From the IMG/VR virus record IMGVR_UViG_3300048919_000265: a stretch of DNA of 64,000 nt; one strand, 5' to 3'. The DNA comes from a virus. Positions 47,631-58,291 of the stretch are shown here, one piece after another. The notes below the pieces were generated by a model that saw nothing but the letters and a program-made list of their open reading frames with translations, was not told where the DNA came from and did no database searches. Every line of letters starts with the position of its first letter. Within the stretch, counting starts at the first letter, position 1. The position numbers and the translations under genes are program-made.

Positions 47631-50001
47631 CTCTCTGTCCTACGGTCATCTTGTAAGACTTACCATTACGAAACCAAATCCAATACCCATAAACATGTAA
47701 ATACCGCCAAGCCCCTATATGCTCCTTCTTATACAGTTTCCCTTTCCTAAATAAGAACCCGTATTTATCGGTATCACATAATTTTCTAAACCGGTTAAAG
47801 TTTTCAAACTCTGAAGAAGCTGGCTTCCCGCTTCTATAAATGTTAAAGCTTGCTTCTGCAAAAGAACTCTCCGGTAAATCATAAGGATTTTGCTCCACCA
47901 ACCTAAACTTATCATTAAGAGGCGCATACATCGTACTATACAATTCTTCTAGGTACCTGAATAACATTGAAAACTCATCATGCATTTTATTATACAACTT
48001 CACAAGATGTGAATTAATATCCTGTAATTCCCACCCAAAAGGAACATAATAGGACAAGCTAAAGTTATCTTGAAACCACTTGAACTCGTCATTATGTTTT
48101 GGTCTGATTGGCATAGTAAACAGTTCAATATTCTCACTCATAATAAGAAACGCTTTTAACTCTGTAGCAACTGCCTTATTCTTCGCCACGAGATCAATTG
48201 CCTTGGCAACAAACTTAGTGAAATTAGTTATAAAATCAATCGAGCGAAGAAACGAAAGAAACCTATCGCTATCTGTTTTATAAGGATAAATGAAATCGGA
48301 CAACCCATTATAAACCGCTTGTCCCCAATTCTCAACCACAAACTCCTCAAAATTGAAAAGCTCATCAACCTTCCAAAAAATATTATTAACAGTGCTCAAC
48401 ACCTTAGTATCTTGCACATGTTTTAATAACTTTGGTACTATCTTCTCTACCACAACACGGAAACTCTCAGCAAATTCAAACTTATCATGCTTATAATTTC
48501 CAGTCAAACGACCAAGTTTCTGATAAGACCCTGCCACTCGATTAGGATCAAATATCACATCAGACACCTTGCTTTTGATAGCCTGTCGCTTATTATTATA
48601 TTGATCAATCGCATCTTTAATATTAACCAACGGAATTGCTCTCACACCGGAAATCTTTTGACTGGCAATGATATCATCGTAAAATTGGTCGTTCGTCATA
48701 AGCTCGTGTTGATAATTTTCATCCTCTGCACTACGCAGTTCCTTAATCGTAGTGTACAGCTCCTGATACTCTCGGAATGTTTTGTGCCTACGAGTCAATA
48801 GCACGTCTTTAAAAACATCACTAGGAACCCTAAACACATTTATATTCATCTTCTCTAAATACTTAAGTAAGTCTCTAAGAGAAGACATCCCCACAATCAA
48901 AAGTTTGATTCTCGTGTCATTATTCAACCCGTCCTTTGGGTTATAATCTAAATAACTAAAAACAGGTCTTTGATCTCCCCCACGGGAATCTATATAAATC
49001 TGTTTATTTTGTTCCATCATGTTATCTATTACAACCGGTAAATCTTGTGGACCAATTTCATCCCGCAATAAAGGGTCCAACAGAGACAAGATCTTGTCTC
49101 TGTCTTTTGCCTTTGTATAAGCATACTTTTCTGTATTCATACTTATACCATTACTCACTTGGAAATTAATATCCACAAGAGAAGGCTTCCTGTAAACTCC
49201 AGCGTACTCAAAAGCGTTATTATAAATCGCTAAGATTTCATCAAACTTACGCTGAGCCAACTTAAATTTATACCGTGAAAATAAATCATAAAAAACTCGC
49301 TGATTGTGTCTATACATAAAATTAGACACCTGATAAATATCAAACGCTAGCTTATCAAATCCAACGAGATCTTCGAAATATGTAACTTCCACAGTGGTAT
49401 AATCAGCACGACTAAAATCAGAATTATCAAGATTTGTATTAACACCAGTAGTGTTAATAATCTTAGTTAGAAATGAAGACTTTGACTTCATGTAAAATGA
49501 AAAAGCCTTCACAATGAAAGGAACAATACCATTTGTAGAAGCGTCATAACTCCAATCATCACTATACTTCTCCAAGAAATTTGTGGAGAAATCGTGCATA
49601 ATAACTGACCAGTCAGCATCTGAAAAATCAGCACGTTTATTAGAAATATACTTACGAATATCACGCTCTAGTTTAGCCCGCAATTGCTTCTCCACATACT
49701 TGACCTTGCTATACTCATAAGGAAGATTAAAATCATTATAAGTAGTCATAGTCATAGTGAGTTGCTTATTAAACCAGCTAATAAAATCATCCTCAGAACG
49801 TAAATACTTCACATACTCCCGTATTTGATCAAATGTACTTTCTGTAAAAACATTGCGAGATTTTAGAGTGCTAACAATTTCTTCAGCACTTACTGTACGT
49901 AGTGTATTATAGAGATCTGAATCATTGCCTACAATAATCTCAGCAATGTGCTTTAGAACTGGTAAGCTATAACTAGTATTACGACTCTTACCAAATAGCA
50001 C
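47620..50001 (-). CDS. Large hypothetical helical protein (793 aa), weak sigma-region-2-like segment
   Basis: Long ORF, RBS GGAGGT; see findings. Confidence 0.75.
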   Translation of the reverse strand: MLFGKSRNTSYSLPVLKHIAEIIVGNDSDLYNTLRTVSAEEIVSTLKSRNVFTESTFDQIREYVKYLRSEDDFISWFNKQLTMTMTTYNDFNLPYEYSKVKYVEKQLRAKLERDIRKYISNKRADFSDADWSVIMHDFSTNFLEKYSDDWSYDASTNGIVPFIVKAFSFYMKSKSSFLTKIINTTGVNTNLDNSDFSRADYTTVEVTYFEDLVGFDKLAFDIYQVSNFMYRHNQRVFYDLFSRYKFKLAQRKFDEILAIYNNAFEYAGVYRKPSLVDINFQVSNGISMNTEKYAYTKAKDRDKILSLLDPLLRDEIGPQDLPVVIDNMMEQNKQIYIDSRGGDQRPVFSYLDYNPKDGLNNDTRIKLLIVGMSSLRDLLKYLEKMNINVFRVPSDVFKDVLLTRRHKTFREYQELYTTIKELRSAEDENYQHELMTNDQFYDDIIASQKISGVRAIPLVNIKDAIDQYNNKRQAIKSKVSDVIFDPNRVAGSYQKLGRLTGNYKHDKFEFAESFRVVVEKIVPKLLKHVQDTKVLSTVNNIFWKVDELFNFEEFVVENWGQAVYNGLSDFIYPYKTDSDRFLSFLRSIDFITNFTKFVAKAIDLVAKNKAVATELKAFLIMSENIELFTMPIRPKHNDEFKWFQDNFSLSYYVPFGWELQDINSHLVKLYNKMHDEFSMLFRYLEELYSTMYAPLNDKFRLVEQNPYDLPESSFAEASFNIYRSGKPASSEFENFNRFRKLCDTDKYGFLFRKGKLYKKEHIGAWRYLHVYGYWIWFRNGKSYKMTVGQRDEF

Positions 50002-50015
50002 CTAAATACCTCCAA

Positions 50016-50558
50016 TCATAATCGCGTAAAAAGGTAAATTCCAAAACCAACATAAGCTGCCACCACCAAAGCCTTAACATGCCACGGATTCTTCGCAATT
50101 AGTGGTTTAGCTAACAACTTGAGTCCATTACTAATAACAAAATATGATAGCTTTAATGCCAAACCCGTTCCAACAACTACAGCCCTTTGTGCAGAGAACA
50201 TGACCGTTTCAATAACTTGTGCTATACCAGCCTTAACGGTAACCACACCTATCTTATCACTTTTTCCACGGTTACACTCTTTACAACAAGCTACTAGATT
50301 AAAAGGACGATTCATAGCCTTAGCTAAGACACTATTGTTTTTAACAATTTGTCCGTGACGATTCCTCTTCTTCTTAGCAAAAAAGGAAGGAGGGAAGCCA
50401 TGATCGACTTCCACCTTATCCTTGCCAATGAGAGGTTTCCAACACTGAGAACAAAACCAAACCGCCCCAAACAACCCGGGCTTGCGTTTAAAATACTCAG
50501 AACGATAGTCATACTCATCACGCCAATGATCAACGTGTTGCGGATTGCCCACCTGCAC
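50016..50558 (-). CDS. HNH nuclease-like protein with hydrophobic C-terminus
   Basis: CSQC...EVDH...NLVACCKECNRGKSDK; C-terminal hydrophobic segments. Confidence 0.8.
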   Translation of the reverse strand: MQVGNPQHVDHWRDEYDYRSEYFKRKPGLFGAVWFCSQCWKPLIGKDKVEVDHGFPPSFFAKKKRNRHGQIVKNNSVLAKAMNRPFNLVACCKECNRGKSDKIGVVTVKAGIAQVIETVMFSAQRAVVVGTGLALKLSYFVISNGLKLLAKPLIAKNPWHVKALVVAAYVGFGIYLFTRL

Positions 50559-50563
50559 TCACC

Positions 50564-53500
50564 TCAAAATAACTTCATTTTATCCATCTTTTTATCTTCA
50601 CTATTAACCGTTTCTTCTTCCTTAGTTTCTTCCAAGGTAATATAATCTACAGACTCTTTATTTACGGGTTTTATATCATCAAAACTTAATAGGGCATCAA
50701 GGTCCATAAGACTATCATCCAGCACAATGTTCTGCGTTTCTTGTACTTGAACTAAGCTGGATGCTATTGTACCTTCTAACTCCCTCAGGTTATTATGCTC
50801 CTCATAAACTTCGTTTTTCGTCACCTTCATTTTCTTAGGCAACGACAGTATTTTAGTACGAGATCCAGTCACATCCTGCCCGTAGAATAATGATCCTATG
50901 GCTGACTTACCCGGGCTACGGGTTTGTTGAGTAACAAACAACCCTAAACTATCAGCTAGCTTCTCCCTTGCCATTTCAGTTTCCATACCACTAAAATGAA
51001 TAATAACAGGAGAGCTTCCGTTAATGTCAAACATATACTTCACACTACCGTTACTATTTTGCAAAATATCATTCAGTTCATACGTACGACCCTCTTTAAA
51101 ATTCTCGTCATCAGAATCGAGAACAATACCAAGAGAAGTCTGCAACTTAACAAAAATTTCAAAATGTCTAGCGTTAACTTTTATTTTACTAAGTTCAAAC
51201 GTTCTAAAGTAAAGCTCTAACAAAGCCATTTGTTTAAACCGCAGCACTTGTAAACTTGGACTATTTTCTAATTCTGAAGGAATAATGAATCCTGTTGTGA
51301 GTGGCGAAGTTTCTTCCACATACTCTCCACTTTCCACAATTAATTCATTTGCAGTCTGCAGCATTAGTTCTTCGCCATCGTCGGCTACTAGTCTAACATT
51401 ACCGTCACCGCTAGTGTAATGAACATAACCACTCTTAGGCGGCAAAACAGCACCAGTCAAACCTCTAGGTTTACCAGAATCGAGCAGATTCTTTAGTACA
51501 TCCACACCCTTATTAATGCTCGCCCCTGCTACACCACCTTGGTGAAACAAACTAAGCACCAATTGAGCCGCAGGCTCTCCAATACTCTGCGCTGATTCTA
51601 TACCTACGAGATCGTCTATCTCAGGTAATTTATTAACGTCATAACGCATACCATAACAATGTGCACATACTCCCCCAATACTTCTACAAGAAAGAATTGT
51701 ACGCAATGATATACTATCCAAATTCTCCTGCTCTATATACTTTATAGTAGCAGGGCTTATATAATGCCCTTGCAGCAAACTAGGTAGAGCCTCCGTCTTT
51801 CGACGTAACAAAAGACTCTTCATCAAGCTGTCAAGTTCATAATATAGCTTGAATTCTCCATCTGTAGTCTTAATACGCTTGACCTTATTCTTGATTAAGA
51901 GGTTAACGCATTTCTCATTAATTTCTAGATCCAAACCCAGAAAATTCAATAGCAACTTATTATTGGCATTATCACTAGTATCTAAGTGCTTGCCGAACAA
52001 TGCTTTACTTGCTACAAGTTCCCCACTAGGCCCTATTATCTTATCCGTGAATTTTCCATACCGTAGTTTGAAATCCTCAAATTCAACACCACAGTCATGC
52101 TCTACAATACGCAAACCTGAACTCATATAAACTGCAGTTCTAGTTAACTCACCCGAAATCGCAGTTTCATTCTGGGTACTAGCTACACCAGTTCTGGTCG
52201 AGAATGAGAGCAATAAAGTGTCAAAGCTACTAGTGCCTTTTGCGTAATTACTTAACACTGGCACTTCGAGTGTTTCATTCTTGGACTTTTGGAGAATACC
52301 AATAACACCACAGGCTTGCATTATTTGTCCTTCCGTACCCCGGGCGCCGGAATCAAACATAATAAAGATATTATTGTTACGATCAAAACTAGCTACGAAA
52401 GTCTTGGCTATATTGTCTTTACATCCATTGTAGATTTCGATCAATAAATTTTTGCGGACCTCGTTACTTAGCAACCCTTGATAATAATCACGGTTAACTA
52501 TTTCTGCATACTGTTTTGCTTTCGCAATTTTAGCATGCATAGTAGGATCTTCAACAAAATCCTCCAGGTACAAGGAAATACCACTAATGTCGGAATACTT
52601 AAATCCAAATTCCGATATTGCTTGGAAAACTTGCAAATTTTCGTCTGCGTTCAGATCGTTATAACTCCAAGAGGTAACATCACTCAACGCCACGTAAACT
52701 GGCTCTTTCCTGCTACCGCCATTTCCGGAAACTAACCCATCGAATCTGAGGTCACAATAATTATTTGCATTAATGCCTTCAATTCCTAACACATTAGTAT
52801 AAGGCTCATCTGTAAACCCTAACCCGCTCACTAATAGTCCATTAAACAGCACTCTACCAGCAGTTGACAAATACCTGCGGCCATTGGTACTATAACAAAC
52901 GAGGTCATGCAATGCCAAGAAATCCAAATCAATATCCGTTTCCAGCTGCCCTAAATCTGTGTAAAATCTTAGATTAGACAGAGAATACCTCGAGTCTTTG
53001 GTTATGCTATCCACATTGTTGTGTAACATAGTTGCAAAATAAACACCCAACTTCATGTCTTGCGAATGATCCAAAACAACACTATTGTCCTTAGGATTAA
53101 TAACCCCATACTTAGGACTTAGCTTCTCCATAGCTTCTTCACAAGCTGCATTGTTAACTAATCCGATGATCCACATTTGGTCACCATCATAGTCAGCGTT
53201 ATAACCCTTAGCCACCAATGGATGCAGCTCAATACACTTCTTATTAGTAATAATAGGTGTATAAGCTCTAATATTGAATTTGTGGAGAGAGGGCTGTCTA
53301 CCTGCTAAAACGACTCTAGGTTTAATAACCCATTCATCTGAATTAGGATTCTTATACCCTTCGATATAGGCACTAATAACGCCATAAATCTTATCATAAA
53401 TCTCAATAGCAGAAAGTCCCTTGTTAATCATAACTTTGCCAACTTTGGAACGGAAAGCAGCCATATTACTTCCCATAACCTCTAAAACATGTTCCCATTC

Positions 53501-56500
53501 TCTCTTGTCCATATCATAGTCACTTAAGTTTTGAGATAGTAAACTCACTAACTGTGGTTTCCATATCTCTAAACACAACAAGAATGGCAACCCTATTTGG
53601 GTAGGAAGTCTTTTTGGATTACGAGAAGGAATGATAACTGTACGACCGGAGAAGTTAACCCGCTTCTTCAACATATTCTCGCGAATACGGCCGTGCTTCT
53701 TATCTTGATTCTCACGCTTAGCGAAATACTTGAGAATAGGAGTGTACCCTTTATTCTCCTTAATTTCACTGCCATAAGTCAACCCACATAACTCAACAAT
53801 TCGTAAATAGATACTATAAATACCTACAGGATCTTCTTTACCCAACGCTTTATATTTAGACACTTCGTCTATAATGCGTCTATAATAATAATCAAAGTCC
53901 TGAAAAGTATTCTTAAACATAGCCTGCGGTCTAAAACTTAACGGCATAACAGGAAGACTACTAATAACAAAATCTTGCAAAGTCAAGCCAGCTGCCTCGA
54001 AATCGAGAACACCTCGTAAATATCTTTTATGCTCAAGACGTTTATCATCCTTTTGAGCATTCTCAATTTTCTTTTGGTAGAACTCTTTAATTGGTTCGAA
54101 ACTCGTTCTCTTCAACATATGAACCAAAGCTGGCATTCCTGTCAACTTGCCTTCCGTGCTGCCCCTACGGAATACAAACACCTTATCTTCCTTCACAAAC
54201 TCTTCTTCTATATAATACTTGCACGCAATGAGTTCCTTAAGCATACCCATTTGAGCAACCATTACTTTCACTTTGCCACTTTCGTTCTCTTCCTTACCAA
54301 TCAGTAAAAACCGATGTATCTTACCCTTGGTAATCCACATAGGATGGACAAGCTCTGCATGTAAAGGCATCCAACTCCAGCCTTTACGATTCTTAAACCT
54401 CTCCCTATCATTAGTTGTTATCCCAAAAATATTAGTAGAGCGCAAACTATCTTTATCATTAATATCTACTGATCTACTGTTCATTCCACGAATCATGCTA
54501 TCAGTCAAAGGTTTGAAACTAAACCCTTCCATTTCATCAATAGTAGCTTCTGTACAAAGACTACGCATAATAACCTGGAACAAATCATCATTATGATTTT
54601 CGCCTTCGACGTCAACTTCACTTGGGTTTTCAGCAAAACTTTCTTCGAGAGCCTCGATACTTTCTAAATCATCACTTTGTACACTTTGTAAATCTTGTAA
54701 TATACGTTTGCCTCCAACCGCCATTATACACCATGTCTCATACTCACCGAAGGCTTGACCACCTGCATGACCCGCACCTTTATTAGGCTGATTAAACACA
54801 GGATCAGTCTTCTTACTCAATCCAATACCTCTAATCTTATGATCAACCATATGCTCTAATTTAAGCATATACATAACCACAACATTAATAGGTCTCTTCA
54901 ACCACTGACCTGTTCTACCATCTCTCATTCGTAACGGTTTAGTATTAGTCTTCTCCGCCATATTTCTTACAAACTCTAAGGTGTTTCCTTTATAAGGGGA
55001 AACAATAGCAATTTTTCCTAGCTTTTTCATAGCAAATCCTAAAACCCCTTCTAGGATTTGACTAATGTTAGAGCGAGAAGGAACACCCAAGGGACTGATA
55101 ATAATATCAGGAACTACACCGCTAACTGGATCAAATGGCATATCAGATTTTGGAACAATTTTTGCAACTACGCCTTTATTACCATAGCGACCTGCTAATT
55201 TATCTCCTTCTTCGATAGGTTTCAACACACCCAACATTACAACAGCTTCATTACCCTCAATGTAAGAATATATTACTTCACCCTGAACAGTTCCTTCCAG
55301 TCTCTTAACTGCATCAAAGACTCCTAAAACTGTTGTCTCTTTCTTCGTATACTCATTCTTTATTCTCCGAATGCCTAGTACTACATCCCCAGGTTTAAGG
55401 ATACTACCTTCTTTTGGCAAACCTTCATCCGTCATGTGTGGTAGAATTGATTTACCCTTGAAACCAAACTCTTCAAAAGATTTAGTCCCTTTGTCTTCAT
55501 CAATCACAGGTTCTGCCAGTTTATACGAAAATCTGTGCAGTTCTACAGTAGTCAGACCATCAGTACCTACTAACTCGCTACTTAATAAAATAGCATCATC
55601 AATAGTAGAACTTTCATAAGTTTTGTAGCCCACAACCAAATTTCTAGCAATGGCAATGCCACTATTAAACACTTTCGGGTCCACATTCATATTGCCGAAA
55701 TCAGTATGATGGAAAATGTCGTAGCTCCGTGTGTCTATATCGCTACTATGCGTAACAATATCATCACCGGAGTATTTTACACCATTACTTGTATTAACCT
55801 GGTACGAAAACATAACACCACTCGACGCCTTTTGAATAAAGGGCACATTCACAACAGGTGTATGATTAGGTACACCCTCAATGCGGAAATATAAATCTCT
55901 GCTTCCGTTATTAATATCAATATTAGTAAGCTCTATTTCTTTAGTAAGAAAGTCTTCTCTACTTATACCAGAGAGCAATTCAGTATTACTATCGTAATAC
56001 TCCACCAATATCTCAGACGCTCTGATAAACCCTTCCTGTAATAAACTATCACCACCAGAGCTGACAAGAGGTCTCTCGTTCCTTATTGGCACAGCGGTTT
56101 GTTTGTGATGATTACTACCCATCAGCAAACGTTTTGGATTACTATGTTCCTGAAACGGAATTTGCATTCTTGCAGGAGACATTGTTTGATAAGGAGAATA
56201 CTCCATATACAAAACATCTTTAACCGGAACCTCTAACATTGTATCATTATACAACACCAAAACCTTATCTTTCAATACCTCGGTACCATCTTCTAATTTC
56301 TCAAAAAAAGTCTCTCTCCACTCAGCAATATACTGATCCTCTTTTTCTGCAGCAGTAAGATAGACTGGTTCCTTGCTAACGACTCTTCCGTTTTTAACTT
56401 TAATATACGGGGCTTGCAAAAATCCATAGCTATCTGTTTTTGCTAACCAAGTCTTGGCGTGCACAGTACCAATCTTGCTACTCTCAGGACTTTCAATTGG

Positions 56501-58012
56501 ATCAAGCAAACCAAATTGACCTTCTCTAACACTAGTCATCTCAACCGAACTACGTTTAACTTGCTTAGTAACTCGATGTTCTTTAGCCTTTTTCTGAATA
56601 GTGTTATTCAGCTCAGATTGCTGACTCTCCACTGATTCTACGCTTGTAATCTTGTCCATCAAGCTATTAGTATCGAATCCGTGCAGCTCTATAACTCGCT
56701 TCAACAAATCTGAATCTTCTGAACTTTCCTCTACATACTTGGCTATATAATAATTAACAACTTTGCAACTAGATCTTATTGCATTAAGTGCTGTGATTTC
56801 TATAGTCACCAAATTCTGATTAGTCAATTCATAAACGTTATCATAATTATCCAACCCGCTTAACGTGTCAATGAAAACTTGAATCATACCCAAGATATCA
56901 AAAACCTCTAAGTTACCGCTATAAAGTTTGCGATAACATGTATAAGTTTTTCCTTCATTGGAAACTAAGATATTATCCACTAAACTTTGATCAAGCTGTT
57001 TTAGAACTTCTACGGTTAGAACAGTGCCCTTCGAAACAATACTATTACCAACACGTACATCTTCCTCCAACACACACCCTAATGCTCTAAAATTGAAGAT
57101 AGATGTCTTACGAACAATATAGACTTTCTTATTACTATCATAAACTTTTAAAAAGTCAACTGAACAATAATCCAACTCTTCTAACGTCCGAGGATCTAAA
57201 ACCATGCCTTCCCTGTAAATCTTTTCACCTACGGTAAGAGTCTCGCCTAAAAACAAATTTCTGCAACGCTCTTTAAAACTCAACGTGTTTTTCATACGAA
57301 CACCCGCGATATCCCCTAAAACCATTAGGTGAGGGCTGAAAAGACTCTGCTTAGCTAACTCAAACTTATCTTGAATACTCATGTTTTTCAATTCTACATC
57401 TCGTCGATTATTCTTAAACCCTTCGAAAAAGTTGGTGATCACTTGATCAACACAATCTGATTTTAAAGGTTCCCTTTGAGAAAAAGAATGTATAACGTAA
57501 ATACTATCAGTACCCAGTTTGTTAGCTAATTCTGCATAACTCAAACCCGTAAAGGCTTTCAGGAAAACAGCAAGCGGTATTTCACAATCCCCAACCTTAT
57601 TACTTGTTGTAATATACAACTTATAGTCCTTCTCATAAATAAGAAGATTTTTACCTAACTCTGACTTCATCTGTAAATGCGGAATCTTCACCTTACTGGC
57701 ACTCTTCAAAACATACCAACCATAAGACAGAGTATAGATATCTATAACTTGTCTATTTTTTCCATTAATAATAAAACCAGTTTCACCATAGTGAGGTAAT
57801 TTTAAAAGATCCATCGGAAAAATAATTTGTTCACCCGTAGTCTTAACCTTCACATCAACATTAGCCTTAACCATTACCAACCGACTACCGTTTTCTTCAT
57901 AAACACTCTTGTTGTTTATAGGATACATCGAATACTTAACACTATGTGTATCCGTATCGACAGACATATCTTGCAACAAATTCTGTACTTTACTATACTC
58001 AACCTTTCCCAA
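50564..58012 (-). CDS. rpoBC: Fused beta-beta' multisubunit-type RNA polymerase (2482 aa)
   Basis: Beta motifs: GFIINGKNRQV, PIESPES, IPFQEH..KRLLMGSN..KQ, GDKLAGRYGNKG, PLGVPSR, GGQAFGEYE. Beta' motifs: KRVNFSGRTVI, RQPSLH, HPLVAKGYNADYDGDQM, SGARG, bridge helix, CxxxxGVCxxCYG, AQSIGEPAAQL..FH.GG. One uninterrupted frame. Confidence 0.95.
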   Translation of the reverse strand: MGKVEYSKVQNLLQDMSVDTDTHSVKYSMYPINNKSVYEENGSRLVMVKANVDVKVKTTGEQIIFPMDLLKLPHYGETGFIINGKNRQVIDIYTLSYGWYVLKSASKVKIPHLQMKSELGKNLLIYEKDYKLYITTSNKVGDCEIPLAVFLKAFTGLSYAELANKLGTDSIYVIHSFSQREPLKSDCVDQVITNFFEGFKNNRRDVELKNMSIQDKFELAKQSLFSPHLMVLGDIAGVRMKNTLSFKERCRNLFLGETLTVGEKIYREGMVLDPRTLEELDYCSVDFLKVYDSNKKVYIVRKTSIFNFRALGCVLEEDVRVGNSIVSKGTVLTVEVLKQLDQSLVDNILVSNEGKTYTCYRKLYSGNLEVFDILGMIQVFIDTLSGLDNYDNVYELTNQNLVTIEITALNAIRSSCKVVNYYIAKYVEESSEDSDLLKRVIELHGFDTNSLMDKITSVESVESQQSELNNTIQKKAKEHRVTKQVKRSSVEMTSVREGQFGLLDPIESPESSKIGTVHAKTWLAKTDSYGFLQAPYIKVKNGRVVSKEPVYLTAAEKEDQYIAEWRETFFEKLEDGTEVLKDKVLVLYNDTMLEVPVKDVLYMEYSPYQTMSPARMQIPFQEHSNPKRLLMGSNHHKQTAVPIRNERPLVSSGGDSLLQEGFIRASEILVEYYDSNTELLSGISREDFLTKEIELTNIDINNGSRDLYFRIEGVPNHTPVVNVPFIQKASSGVMFSYQVNTSNGVKYSGDDIVTHSSDIDTRSYDIFHHTDFGNMNVDPKVFNSGIAIARNLVVGYKTYESSTIDDAILLSSELVGTDGLTTVELHRFSYKLAEPVIDEDKGTKSFEEFGFKGKSILPHMTDEGLPKEGSILKPGDVVLGIRRIKNEYTKKETTVLGVFDAVKRLEGTVQGEVIYSYIEGNEAVVMLGVLKPIEEGDKLAGRYGNKGVVAKIVPKSDMPFDPVSGVVPDIIISPLGVPSRSNISQILEGVLGFAMKKLGKIAIVSPYKGNTLEFVRNMAEKTNTKPLRMRDGRTGQWLKRPINVVVMYMLKLEHMVDHKIRGIGLSKKTDPVFNQPNKGAGHAGGQAFGEYETWCIMAVGGKRILQDLQSVQSDDLESIEALEESFAENPSEVDVEGENHNDDLFQVIMRSLCTEATIDEMEGFSFKPLTDSMIRGMNSRSVDINDKDSLRSTNIFGITTNDRERFKNRKGWSWMPLHAELVHPMWITKGKIHRFLLIGKEENESGKVKVMVAQMGMLKELIACKYYIEEEFVKEDKVFVFRRGSTEGKLTGMPALVHMLKRTSFEPIKEFYQKKIENAQKDDKRLEHKRYLRGVLDFEAAGLTLQDFVISSLPVMPLSFRPQAMFKNTFQDFDYYYRRIIDEVSKYKALGKEDPVGIYSIYLRIVELCGLTYGSEIKENKGYTPILKYFAKRENQDKKHGRIRENMLKKRVNFSGRTVIIPSRNPKRLPTQIGLPFLLCLEIWKPQLVSLLSQNLSDYDMDKREWEHVLEVMGSNMAAFRSKVGKVMINKGLSAIEIYDKIYGVISAYIEGYKNPNSDEWVIKPRVVLAGRQPSLHKFNIRAYTPIITNKKCIELHPLVAKGYNADYDGDQMWIIGLVNNAACEEAMEKLSPKYGVINPKDNSVVLDHSQDMKLGVYFATMLHNNVDSITKDSRYSLSNLRFYTDLGQLETDIDLDFLALHDLVCYSTNGRRYLSTAGRVLFNGLLVSGLGFTDEPYTNVLGIEGINANNYCDLRFDGLVSGNGGSRKEPVYVALSDVTSWSYNDLNADENLQVFQAISEFGFKYSDISGISLYLEDFVEDPTMHAKIAKAKQYAEIVNRDYYQGLLSNEVRKNLLIEIYNGCKDNIAKTFVASFDRNNNIFIMFDSGARGTEGQIMQACGVIGILQKSKNETLEVPVLSNYAKGTSSFDTLLLSFSTRTGVASTQNETAISGELTRTAVYMSSGLRIVEHDCGVEFEDFKLRYGKFTDKIIGPSGELVASKALFGKHLDTSDNANNKLLLNFLGLDLEINEKCVNLLIKNKVKRIKTTDGEFKLYYELDSLMKSLLLRRKTEALPSLLQGHYISPATIKYIEQENLDSISLRTILSCRSIGGVCAHCYGMRYDVNKLPEIDDLVGIESAQSIGEPAAQLVLSLFHQGGVAGASINKGVDVLKNLLDSGKPRGLTGAVLPPKSGYVHYTSGDGNVRLVADDGEELMLQTANELIVESGEYVEETSPLTTGFIIPSELENSPSLQVLRFKQMALLELYFRTFELSKIKVNARHFEIFVKLQTSLGIVLDSDDENFKEGRTYELNDILQNSNGSVKYMFDINGSSPVIIHFSGMETEMAREKLADSLGLFVTQQTRSPGKSAIGSLFYGQDVTGSRTKILSLPKKMKVTKNEVYEEHNNLRELEGTIASSLVQVQETQNIVLDDSLMDLDALLSFDDIKPVNKESVDYITLEETKEEETVNSEDKKMDKMKLF

Positions 58013-58023
58013 ATCACAACCTC

Positions 58024-58260
58024 CTAACTTTCCAGTAGTCCCGTGATCTCCAGTAAATGTTGCACTGTATCCTCTCCCAAAATACTTTGCATCACTTCCA
58101 ACAACATACCATAATTTTCTTTATCAGATTCTCGAGCGCTATCATTACGTACATAGAATTTAAACATCCCCAAATACACAGACCACCTAAGTTCCAATGG
58201 TTCCCTACCGTTCCTAATGGAAACACAGGAATAAATAATAGCTTGTCTATCAGGCTTCAA
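58024..58260 (-). CDS. Hypothetical protein (78 aa)
   Basis: ORF directly upstream of RNAP. Confidence 0.65.
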   Translation of the reverse strand: MKPDRQAIIYSCVSIRNGREPLELRWSVYLGMFKFYVRNDSARESDKENYGMLLEVMQSILGEDTVQHLLEITGLLES

Positions 58261-58291
58261 TGGGTCAGTCTTATTATACAGTTCAACAACA

